Shown here: piece by piece, positions 48,771-60,300 of the stretch | How positions within the stretch are numbered: the stretch's first letter is position 1 | How the letters are laid out: each line of letters opens with the position of its first letter | NCBI GenBank assembly: GCA_037447605.1 | Contig: CM074813.1 | Location: 1,240,001 to 1,304,000, forward strand | From: Zygnema circumcarinatum SAG 698-1b | Lineage: Eukaryota > Plantae > Zygnematophyceae | DNA length: 64,000 nucleotides | Direction: 5' to 3' | Position numbers and translations under genes: made by a program | The notes under the pieces: model-generated | Seen by the model: the letters and a program-made list of their open reading frames with translations, nothing else | Database searches by the model: none | What the model was told of the DNA's origin: nothing

Positions 48771-51700
48771 TCAAAAGAAGTCAGCGCGTTTCTTAAATCT
48801 ATACAAGAGAAAATAACTATTTACCTCGTGGTTGTAAGTGAGCATCAATTGTGCCTTGAGCTTATACGGGGCTTTGCGTGCGCCTTCTGCCTCCTTCCCA
48901 AGCTGGATATGGCCACCACCACAACACAAGCCACAACAAGCTCAATAAATTACAAAAAATTGCATCACTCGTATGCTAAGGACTAAGACAAGGCGTCACG
49001 AGTTGAGAATGTGAGCGAAAGTTCGAGGCAAGTCCTAACACAGCCCTTTTTTTATAGAGCAACGTGCAAGACAGGCTCGAGTGTAGGCTGGTCCAATACC
49101 CAAATTGTCGTCCACGTTTCCTTGCTGACGGAGTGATGGCCTGCCTTCAACTTTAAGTGTGGAGAGGGGCGATACTTATACTCTGCTTCCCATGCCACCT
49201 CCTGGAAATGATACGTTGCACTGCCCACCACATACAGCAGCAACGGGAACAGTGGCATCACCAACGGAACAGGGTTCAAATAGTGAAGCAATGCCAAGTG
49301 GTGCAAATGCCGATCAAGCACAAATGTTGGGCTCACTACATTGAATATTCGTGCATGAGCGGTTATGCACTGACGGATAGTCTGTTGGGTTTTCAATGCT
49401 TTCATGGAACATCCTGGAGCCAAATAAGAGTTGATTGAGCCACCGTTGCTTGTAGTGAACGAAAGCAAAAAGGTGCGCATATGTCTAGAACGCTGCTTTC
49501 CCCAGCTATCAAGCTGAAACGGCAATAATCTAACGTGTCAAATTCGTGCAGATGATTAGTGCAAAGAAAGACCGTCTGAGGCTTAGTGGCCCTACTTTAC
49601 ATTCGCTTTTTGAACATAATGAATCGCTCTGACTGGGCTGAGAATTGCCGTTGCCAATACAGAAGTAATGATTGCGCAAGGAGAAACCGTCTTTAGCTCT
49701 CACCTTATTTTGCTGAAGTCATCAAGGCGTCGCTTGAAAGTGAGAGCGAGTTCGGATGAAGGCAGGGAAAGAGTGGGTTTGAGAGTGACGTCAACGTCCT
49801 GCAGAGATGTGCTTCATAAATTTCAATTATAGGAGCAGGCGAACATAGAAAACTATTCAAAATTGATTTGAAAATTGTTGAAACGCTGGCAAGCCACTCA
49901 AGAAAGTACCAGATGCATATGCAATTTCAAGAGTAAAAAGGTACATGATGGAGTTCTAGTTTACCATACCTTGTATTTAAGAACAAGGTCCACCTTCCTT
50001 TCTGTGTTCACATACTCCACTCTCCCATGCAGATGCCTCCTTAAGCGAGTGGCTAAAAAGCCTCCATACCGAGGCTCTGCCTCATCACCGTATTCCTCGT
50101 CGTCGCTGTTGCTCACATAAAAGAGTCGGCCATGGGGGAAGTCGAGTGTCGAACTCCATTTGACGCCAGGCATCTCCTCATCAGCCTCGTCTCTGCTCTT
50201 GCCTTTCCTCGTTTTGAGGAGCATTCCTTTCTGCAAAATAGCAGCCATCAGAGTGGTCAGAATGATTCAGTGGATAACGAACATCTGAAATCCTTCCTTA
50301 ACTCATACAAATTCTCATCACACAAGGTTTCTTAAATGTCTTTCTCCCTACAGTAAGTTTAGAATGCATCAATCAAGTCCATTTTACCAGCCATCAACTT
50401 CACCATCGCAACGACGACGACTTTGATTGTTAAATGGCCAATCAAAGGCTTCAGATATTTTAGTTGGGCTGGAGAATTAAAGGAATGACTACCAATGACC
50501 GCTAATAAAATAGGACGTTTGAAAGTTTACCAAAGGTCGTGTGGAAAAGTCAGCGGCCAGCTCGGCGCTCAATTCACCAAAAGCAGATACCCTGGCCAAA
50601 AGGCTGCCCATCTCCTCCTGCAAAAGGAGCCCCATCAGCAAGCTTTTCACACATGTAGCCTTTTGGAAACCTGTGGGGAGAGGAAGGTGAATGGCGTAGG
50701 TCAGCATCAAGTTACATCAAATGCCATCTATGTTATGCAGATGGCTTATCTCCTCTAGAGTTTGCTATATGCATGGGACACCTTCCCACTATTCAACGGC
50801 TAAAGAGCTTACTAAGGAGTTCACGGCTACGGAAAGGAGCATATGCACATTGATTTGCATATCAACTGCCATCGTCTGTGAGCAATGAGAAGAGTTTGGT
50901 CGGCCTTCTTTGACCTCGTTCTTTATGGGAAAAGGAGTGAACATAGGTAGAGCTGTTCATGCAAGGGTGCATAATGTGCTCCCAAAGGCGGGGCAAGGAG
51001 GGGTATCCGGGATAAGTATCGGGGCATGTGCCTATCTAGCAGGGAAGAAAGAAACGACAGGATGGAGCTTTGTGTCCCTTACAAAGGAAGGCCAACAGTT
51101 CTGCAGCGAGATAAGACGTGGATACAAAGGAATGCCATCAAGAAGGAAGAGAATGAGAGAATGAGGCCTCGTCGACATGCTTGTGCAGGCTGAAGTTCCA
51201 GATGCTTGTGCATCACCGAGGAAGCAATACTCATTCTGAGCATCTATGAGTGCTGCTCATTCCAACTCAAGCCTCCAAGGGCAGACAACCACTCGCCTTG
51301 ACCTGCCCGATCCGCCCAGCGACCTGCCCGACATCGTGACTTTAGGTCTGAGGAAAGGCAATCCAAAAGTCAAAGTTGTACCTTCACAAACTGTTTGTAC
51401 ACAATGTGGGCATGAGGTCCCACTTTTGCTTCTGCTCCGACGAGAGCACTCCGATCCTCTACATTGTAATCGATAAAAAAGTGCTTTGTGAAAACGCCTA
51501 AGACGGGGTGTTGCAGCACACTCTGGGTCCATCCACCTCTATTGATGCCATCGAAATGAACCTGAAATCAAAAAGTAGAGAAAATTCATTCCCTTTACTA
51601 GAGAAACATACATAAATGAAATTGAGAATGAATTTTGGCCCTATTGGCATCAATGCAAACTGCACGTACTGGTTCACGTCGACAGCAATTGATTCACTCA

Positions 51701-52425
51701 CAGAGACAGTATGCGCGAATATCCACGACACATGCACAAGGATATACGAATACAAGACGTATAGCTCGTCTCTATAAAATAACAAGCAATCACTATCTTA
51801 ACAGCACAATAGACTGTTGCAGCTTTGAACTAGGATGCATCCAATTTTCAGCAATCCTGCTTCGTTCCTGCAATGAGGGCCTTAGCTCCAATGCTCAGCA
51901 AAGCCGACCGGTTCGACGACGTTTCAAGAGTTTTCATATTAAGAAGCACTTTGGACTAACTTCAATCTATGCTCGTTTGCGTTTGCGTAAACTAGACTGA
52001 AATTTTGGGAAATCTACATGTGAGACAAAAGAGTGGATGTTCAAACCCCAAATGCGCACGAGTGCACGATTTTCATGGTGGCATTGGAAGCGTCCATCCG
52101 AAAAGCAAGTACATACACTTAAATCTGGTTCTAACAGGCTTTCAAAATCGTCAACACGGGCACGTCCCTGCAGGTCCTGTCTGTTGCAGCTTGTACCAAC
52201 CGTTCACCTTCTTCATACTGAGAACATACATTTATGTCTGCCAACGACCAACGAGCGATGCCTGCTGCCAAAAAGCGAGCGTGAGGAAAGGAAGGCCACC
52301 TGACAGGAGGCCTTGAGCTTGGCGAGGCCACCCAGCAAGCGCGCGGAGGCCTTGGCCAGCGTCCGCTGCGACTCGCTGTCGTACTCAAGGGAGGTGCGCA
52401 CCGCATGCTCGCGCCCCCCCCACAT
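48771..52425 (-). CDS. OEP37: Chloroplast outer envelope pore protein OEP37-like, 7 exons
   Basis: Exons approx. 52425-52300, 51561-51382, ~50616-50533, ~50230-49968, ~49800-49706, ~49222-49100, ~48901-48771. They give RTSLEYDSESQRTLAKASARLLGGLAKLKASCQ, TKHFFIDYNVEDRSALV, STLDFPHG, KPTLSLPSSELALTFKRRLDDFSKIS, YHFQEVAWEAEYK...LKLKAGH, KAPYKLKAQLML...RFKKRADFF*, collinear with Arabidopsis OEP37 as recalled. The start codon is uncertain. Confidence 0.82.
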
Positions 52426-52797
52426 TGCTCTTCCCTCCCTCCCCCCTCCCCTTCTCTCTCTCCCTCCCTCTCCCACTCCCACTCGCTTCCCCTCCCCCTC
52501 CCCTCTCTGCACCTCGCCCTGTGCCCAGCGCGAGTGGAGTTAACCTGCTCCAGTTTAAACCTGCGCGGGTGGAATCCGATATGCGCACATCCACGATACG
52601 TTTCTACCGGGGTCCACATCGGACACGGGTGGTAGCAAGTGAGTACGGCAGGTGACGTGGCATGCCACGCTGGCACACGGCCGTCCGATACCGTCCGATC
52701 TGCTGTTGCTGACATGCCGCCCGTCCGATGAGGATAGAGGCAGTTCACGTGGCACTTACCGACACCCCCCAACGAGCTTCGCCCGGCAGCCAGCCTG

Positions 52798-52924
52798 CAG
52801 GGGATGTCCATCGCTTTGCCGGTACCATACCGTACCGCACCGTACCGTTTTGGTACAGTACTGTACTTTACCGTACCGTAGGCCATTCCAGGAAGAATCA
52901 TAATCTTCAGTACCGGTAGTACTG
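52798..52924 (+). mobile_element. Probable truncated hAT-like end: CAGGGGATG followed by GTACC/TACCG subterminal repeats
   Basis: CAGGGGATGTCC at 52798, multiple CCGTACC units at 52819-52880, small hairpin CAGTAC-CGGTA-GTACTG at 52908-52924; no second terminus found. Confidence 0.3.
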
Positions 52925-53146
52925 AAAACGAAATTAGTTAGCTAACTAAGCTTGCAAGTCAACATTAACTAAACCATGGCTCGAGTTAGCCAACCAGTGT
53001 TAGTTATTTAGGTGTTGTACAAAACCAGCTTTAGTTAGCGAAGGATCTCTAGTTAGCAGATAAGTGCAAACTTAGTAGCCAACGAGTGAGCACTAGGGCT
53101 GCGTTGTTGTGCCTAGGCGTAGTTTTCCGCTCCTAGCTTTGTTTTA

Positions 53147-54090
53147 GGGTAGTGATATTTCCACCCCTTTTTTGGATCCAAACACCCCTTCCCGGCCGGG
53201 CAGAGTTCAAAAGGGATTAAAAACAGAAAATGCTTTTTTCACACCTTTTTGGAATCGATACCCAGCTTCTTCCGTCGGCTGATTTTATTTTTGCTAACCA
53301 AGGAAAATGATACCCCGTCACCGCATTTTGAATACTGTATCCCGCCTCCCTGTATTTTTTTTTGCGGGAAAGAAATATCTGCCTGCCCGAATCCGCTCGG
53401 AGCGGCAGATCCGTCCGCCACGAGATCGTTCGCGGGTGTCCGTCCTTCACACGTGTGTGTAAATCGCAGCGGTCGATTCCCTCGCAGATCGCACCACTGC
53501 AGATCACCGTTCGATCTGCAGCGGGGCTCGATCTTAGCGAATGGAAAGCGCCCACGAGTCCCGCCAAAGCCGGATCGCACGTGCGAGTGCGCGCGTCCCT
53601 CGGCCTGAGATCTCGTCATTGTTAGCTCCCAGCCAATCAATATCTGCCACGTGTTAAATTTTTGACGTGGAAAATTTTGATTGGTTTAAGATCTCAATGT
53701 ACGAAATTTTGGGTTCCTCAAGTTCGACCGTACGACATTTGTACGGACAAACTTTTAAGAGGACTTTGGCGGGATACGTGGGCACGTGCCATGCGCTGTG
53801 ACCGAGCCCGGCTGCAGATCAAATAGTGATCTGCCGTGTTGCGATCTGCGAGGGAATCGACGGCTGCGATTGACCGCACGCGTGAAAAAAAAATCAGGTA
53901 GGCGGGATATTCAAATGGGGTGACGGGTTATCATTTTCCTTGTTTCGCAGAAATAAAATCTGCCGATGGAGGGTGGTATCGATTCCAAAAAGGTGTGAAG
54001 AAAGCATTTTCCGTTTTTAATCCTTTTTCAAATCTGCCCGGCCGGGAAGGGGTGTTTGGATCCAAAAAAGGGGTGGAAATATCACTACCC
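53147..54090. mobile_element. 944-bp non-autonomous foldback/MITE DNA transposon (Mutator-like), 8-bp TSD TTGTTTTA
   Basis: 58-bp perfect TIRs (GGGTAGTGATATTTCCACCCC...), imperfect inverted similarity continuing to about 53568/53764; TSD at 53139-53146 and 54091-54098; no coding ORF. Confidence 0.9.
53633..53684. promoter_or_regulatory. Inverted pair of CCAAT-N9-CCACG boxes in the core of the foldback element
   Basis: CCAAT-CAATATCTG-CCACG (53633-53651) and CGTGG-AAAATTTTG-ATTGG (53666-53684). Confidence 0.5.
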
Positions 54091-54378
54091 TTGTTTTATT
54101 GTGTTTCGGTCCTTTGTGACCAGTCCTTCGTGGTTCCACATTTTGCCTTTATCCATGTACATTTGATGGCCTCGCCATCGCGAGTTCAATGAAAGTTTGC
54201 TCCCCCTTTTGTGAGCACTGTTGCTGGTGATTATGGTTACGTGGACTTGTCTCCTCCAGAGGCACTCAGGGGGCGTGGATGGCGCGCGCTGGAACGGTCG
54301 GCCATGGCGGGCTATGGTGGACAGGGAGGGCGAGGCGAGGCGAGGCGGCCGTGAGGGTGTGAGCTGTGAGGCCATGCC

Positions 54379-57300
54379 ATGAGCTCGTGGGCCCGCGCCG
54401 CTCGCTCTCTCGCCGCAAGCGCGTGGACGGCGGGCGCGCTGCTGGCCGCCATGGTGCGGGACCTCTCGCCCTCGCTGCTCAAGAGGCGCCTGAGCGTGTT
54501 TGCTGTTGCGCTCCGCGTCTTCCTCGACTACAAGGTGTGTCCTGCATGCCCTTATGTAGCCTGTAAATCGATCAGCGACAGCTCATTGTATGCTTGTCGT
54601 TCGTAGGTCAAGTAAGCAACTTATTCTTCAACTTATCCTGCTCTGTACGCCATTGTAGCTTGATTTGTGCGCGAGGTTAAAACGCCAAACCTAGGTGAAC
54701 TGGAAAAGAAGAGGCTTGCCGGATTATGGACTTAAAATTTCCGTCAGTAGCTAAAGGTTAACGTGCATAGTTGGTGTTCTTGTTCTTCTTGGAGCGGAAG
54801 CATTTCTTATATGCCATCCGGTGCTGGTCTCCTCTCGTTTACTGCAATCCAGAAAGTGAACTGTTTATTGACTCACATGCCTCTCACTGCTAGTCGCCGG
54901 TTAAAATTAAAACTGCGATCGATCCTGCCATTTGGACGTTAACAGATAAAAACAAGTCTGGATGCCTAACCTCTTAAGTAACTTTATCCACAATTATCAT
55001 AATTGGAACACTGAGCGGTAAGGAGCTGCATGCATTTTGTGACGAATTCTAACAATTTCTTATAATTCTTTTACACCTTTTCTTTTTCTCTAAAAATGAG
55101 TGGCCTCAAGATTCTTATGCAGTGGGTTACTTGGGTGCAGGCAGCCCAACAGCGTGCGAAGTGGGTGAAGGAAGAGTGGAAAAAGGACGCCATTTGGCTG
55201 TCAGTGCATGAGCGCTCCGCCGACAGAGTATTCACTGCCATCTGCAATCTGCAGGGCCTGTGGGTGAAGGCTGGTCAGTACCTTTCCACGCGCGCAGATG
55301 TACTTCCTGAGCCGTACGTTGATCGCCTCAAGCTGCTGCAGGACACACTACCCCCCCGTCCCCTTGCTGAGGTACTGTCTACTGAAATTAAAAAAAAAAA
55401 CGCAACTTTGTTGGGTGCACTAGAAGGACTTTACAATAGAGAAGGAGACGTTATTTATTCGAGGAGATGAGGTGGACCAGCTGGAGCAGATGCAACATAT
55501 TTCGTCCCATGATAGATCCACTTGGCTGTTCGTATAACAGCCTGATGGTTTCAGATGGCTTGTCAATATTCTTCCCACCTATTAGTTGGTGATGCTGATT
55601 CCGAAGACCATGGTGTGGGGTGAGGCAGGTTCATCGCACAGTGGAGGAAGAGCTTGGCCAGCCGCTTGAGGTGGCGTTCGATTACTTTGACCCGACACCT
55701 CTCGCCACAGCATCGGTGTGTGCTCCTTTCCAAGAAAAAGATGAATTGGGGTGCAATCCTTTTGGAGCATTTTCGAAGCCGCATAGTTAAATGCTTGAAT
55801 TATGGGAGAAGTGAAAGGTTAAGGCTTTAAAAGAAGGGTGGTGAAATTGACGCTGTGGGGGAGGCAGCAGACCTTACTGTTTCAATAATGGAGTCCTACG
55901 CGTAGAGTTTAGCCTTCAATGAATTGGGTGGGTGTCAAGTGATCGCAACAGTTTCACGAGATGTGCCATGCGTGCCCTTATGTAATGTTACGGGTCATGT
56001 AAGAAGTATAGCTGGCTGTACGTTTAATGTAGTGCGTACTCATTGGACAGGTGAACCAATCCTAAACGCCGTCTCCAGTATCTTTGTAAACTTATCAAAG
56101 GTGATCGCTTTAAATATGAGAATGTGAATCGTGGGAAGAGAGCAAAAATTGGCAGGCTGGGTGGTCGTTACAGAAGTTGTGGTGGAAGAGAAGAACGATC
56201 GTGAAAGCCCATTCTGTTTTTTTTGCAAATTTTAGCAATGCATATAATTTTTATTGGGAGCTTTGCTTTCCCTCCTCTTCGTTTATGAAGGACTTGAAGA
56301 CGATACAAGAGCCACTATAGTTAAACTGATGCTCCCAGTTTGTGGGCTGCAAGTCTTCAGCTTCCACATCTCAAACAGCAGTTTGCAAGTCTAGCCCTTG
56401 AACTGCTTGTTGGAGTACTTGTGCAACATCGTTGCCGGGCATTATTGCTCACTTAATTACTACACCTTTTCTCCTTTCCTTTATGATGTTATCTCCACCT
56501 GCAGGTCTTCTCCAAGCCCTGATGCCCAGCTAAGCTTCTTGGTCTTGCAGATAGCTCAAGTGCACAAAGCACGGACTGTGGACGGCCGGGATATTGTGGT
56601 AAAAGTGCAGCATACAGGAGTTAAGGAGCGGATTCTCCAGGCAAGCATCTCAACATAACTATTGGTTGCTATATGCCGCCTGAATGAGAATTCTCGCTTG
56701 CTAGAGATTGTTGTTTGCACTCTATGTGGTGGGACTCCAGGCTGCTCTTTTTGGTTCTTTGCTGTTACATTTTGTCGTGTTTGTGCGGTGTGTGATAATC
56801 TTGAGGAAGAAAGTGGTTGGACTCTTTCCAAAGGTTGTGATGGTGTGCAGCTGACTGCTTAACAGCCAACCCTTTTGTTTTGAATTGATGAGGTTGGATT
56901 TGTCGCACCGTCTCTCCATGTGCTCAGGATTTGGAGAATCTACGCAGCATTGTCGAATGGGTAGCCTGGGCTGAGCCTGACTACGACTTTCAAGTGATAC
57001 TGCATGAGTGGGCATCCGAGGTGCCAAAGGAACTCGATTTCAATATTGAAGCACGTAAGACAACGCATTTCGCCATTGCATGAGGTTATGAGAGGCCATG
57101 CTTTTGACGTGGGCACTGGGACTTGTTCCGGGAGTAATGCCTGCAATTGTGTCTATTTCTAGATGCCCCGGTTTGCGTAAATGGCTCCTTTGATTGTGAC
57201 AGCTTATGAATGAAGCAGAATAGGCAATATGGTTACTTACATGATGAGGACAGATTTACATCTGTATCTGGTTCACCTCCACTGTTTTAAACCTTTATGG

Positions 57301-60300
57301 TTCCATGAAGTGCAAGCGGAATTTCACTGTAAGGGTCAGGTCTGGTGTAGAACCACTTTTGCTGTATGCAGAGAGTACGACAGGTTTCTTATTGTCGGGT
57401 ATATGAATTACAGGCAAGGGCTCAAGCTGTAGAGATTGTTTGAACGGCAAGTAACAATATGAAGCTTCTGAATTATAATCTTCTGAACAGCATTTACATG
57501 GATTTTTTTGTGATTATTTGAATTGACTTGAAGGTGCGGAAAGCGTTTTAGGATCTAAGGTAAGTTGTTGTTATTCTACACTGAGCCACTCCTTCGGTTC
57601 ATATTGCTGCAGAAAATACTCGTCGTGTTGCACGCAACCTCGATTATCGGGAGAAGGCCGGGGCAGGAGTGGACCCACTGGGTACTCGTGTAGATGTTAT
57701 GATCCCCACCATTCTGCAGGTACGGACAGCAGTTTTATACGAGACTGGGAACTCAGTGCCGGCTGCAGTCCTTAGAGAGTATGGTCAAATATAAGATAGA
57801 TTTCACACATCGGGGATCAATGGGATCAATGGCGATCTTGTGCAAGCCGACAAGGGAAATCAACTCAATGAGCTTCAACGCAAGGAGTTATGAGCATCAC
57901 ATAAGAGATAGTGTGAGAGATACAACAATCGATCTGAAGAGAACCATTTGGCTGACTCCTTCAGGGCATACGTTATCTGAAATAGTAAAGAAAATGGGCC
58001 TCGGCTTTGGTCATTAGGGCTGACTGGATGCATGCATGTTGATGTGGACAGTCTACCGAGAAGGTTCTGATTATGACATACATGGATGGGGTACGACTTA
58101 ACAACAATGCGCTTGATTCGCTCGGAGTGGACAAACTGGCTGTGGTAGAGAGCATTTGCCGAGCATATGCACATCAAATCTATGTCGACGGATTTTTCAA
58201 TGCTGACCCTCATCCCGGTAAGGCTCAATTTCTGAAATTTATGGCTTGCATTAAAAGGGCTAAGTTCTTGACGGCAGAAGACCTGAACCCGTTCGGCTGG
58301 CCAGGGTTTGTGTATTTTTATCATTTAGAACGTGCGTAAAAAAAATTGCTCTTTTATTGGGCCATTTAAGATTGTATATAACAACCAGTTGGATCAGGTC
58401 TGCATCGACTGGACAATGTTAGCCACAAACATAGATATTTTTGCTGTTTTTTTTTTCTTTTTTTCGTCCTGAAGGCTAACCTACCAGAGGAAGACTCTTC
58501 TCTTTCTGTTGCTGTCATTTCAGGAAACTTCTTAGTATCTCGCGAAGCTCCTCACCGGGTAATCTTGCTCGACTTTGGCCTCACTAAAGAGCTTCGCCCC
58601 CATGTTCAAGTTGCACTCGCAAAGATGCTTTTGGCAGCAGCTGAGGTGATCTTCAACCCTTTCTGCTTTAAATGCTGAGTCTTAGGCTTTTTAGGGTTTC
58701 TAGGCTATGCAGGGCCTATAGATTATGTAGTTCGGCCTTAGATCTTAAGATGGGGCCATTTGTTCGTTCATTTACTTTTTTAAGCCATTTTTTTTTTACT
58801 TGTTGGAGCTTTAATCGTGCTGTACTGGTTGATGAATCCTTTCAAGAATATAAGGATGTGCTTAATGTGATTCAGACTTGATTCTCTTGGGATATTTGCC
58901 ATGTGGTCTCTGGCTGACAAAGACCGAAAGCAGATGGGGTCAACCGATACTTTGCTTAGAAATCACCTTCTCAACACCTTCATCTATTCCACGCAACGGT
59001 CATTAGTTTGTTAACGAGATTTCAGCAGGTATTCTTTCGTTACTGATCGCATCAATGGACGGGTTGCAGGGGGACTTGTCTATGCTGCTTAGTTCCTTTA
59101 CTGAGATGGGGCTGAAACTTCGAATGGATATTCCCGATGATGCTATGGCTGTCACTTCCTTCTTCTTCCGCCGAGCTGCACCTCCGAAGGAATCCAAGGT
59201 AAGTGTGCTCTTGTTTGAAATATGCAAATGTCGTGGTTGGGTTTCTCAACGTGAACGGGACATCTTCTTCTTCTTCTCCTTCTCCTTCCAATTCTGTATC
59301 TTGCTTGATTTCTGGAAAGTGGTTCCTCCAGTGGGAGTTTTGTTATGGGGTTTGTTTTCTTGTAAAGCAGGCACCTAATGATGGCACGTAGACTTTTGGA
59401 TAGATCTACGTCCTCAGCCACTTCTTGCTTGACTGGCAATGTCCAATGAAACTGCTGAGATGCTGACTACCTTTGAGATGATTCTTCGCCTTTGAGAGGA
59501 GGGTCTCTCGATCTTCCGTTGCATGTGGTGGAGATAAGGTGTACGGCTATTGTTGGCTTATGCAGGAGGAGTATCAGTCCTGGCATGAGGACGCCGAAAA
59601 GCGGAAATTGGAGCGGGAGAGGAAGGTGGTGAATGAGGGCGAGAAGGAGGGCAGCTTGAGACGTAATCCGGTGTGCATATAGACTCAGCTCTTGCATCAT
59701 GTCTGTCCATATCGCAGATATAGGAGAGTAGGATGTGGGTTTGCCTGCAAACAAGGTAGGCTCAGGACTTCAGGTCCACCTCGTGGGCCGATTAAGCCTT
59801 ACCATAACTTTGAATTGCAAGAGGTGTGTTGCTGATGCACCTTCACCTCTTCGCGCCTTTGCAGATTGATGCCTTTCCAGGAGAGCTCGTCTTTTTCACA
59901 CGGGTGCTAGGCCTTCTACGCGGTAAGTGCCCACTTACAGGGCCGTTTTTTCTAGTTACAGCGGCCAGTCCGTTCCATTTTGCTTTGAGGAGTTGCCCTA
60001 GGAACTCACTTTTCGTGAACAGCTAAAGCAGCCTTCTATCGTCTGCCCTTTGCTCTGCTGGAGACCATTTGAGTCCGCAGCCCATTGAGAAGCGAAGGCA
60101 CTGCTCAGGGAGGAGAGAGAGTGTGTGCTGCCAACTTGACGAACGGCGAACTCACTCTTAGCACTCTCAACCTCTCTTGCAGGTTTGTCATCATTGTTGG
60201 AGGCCCGCGTGGCCTATCTGGAAGTCATGAGGCCCTTTGCAGAGGCTGTTCTTTCCAGGTACAGCTCCATTCACAGGTTCATCCGGTGCGTTTAGCAAAG

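Noticed and set aside
52575-52760. CCGAT/CACGTGG motifs and the palindrome CGTGGCATGCCACG upstream of OEP37 as a fourth ERSE-like dyad
   Set aside because: No true CCAAT at the required spacing; only generic G-box-like motifs.
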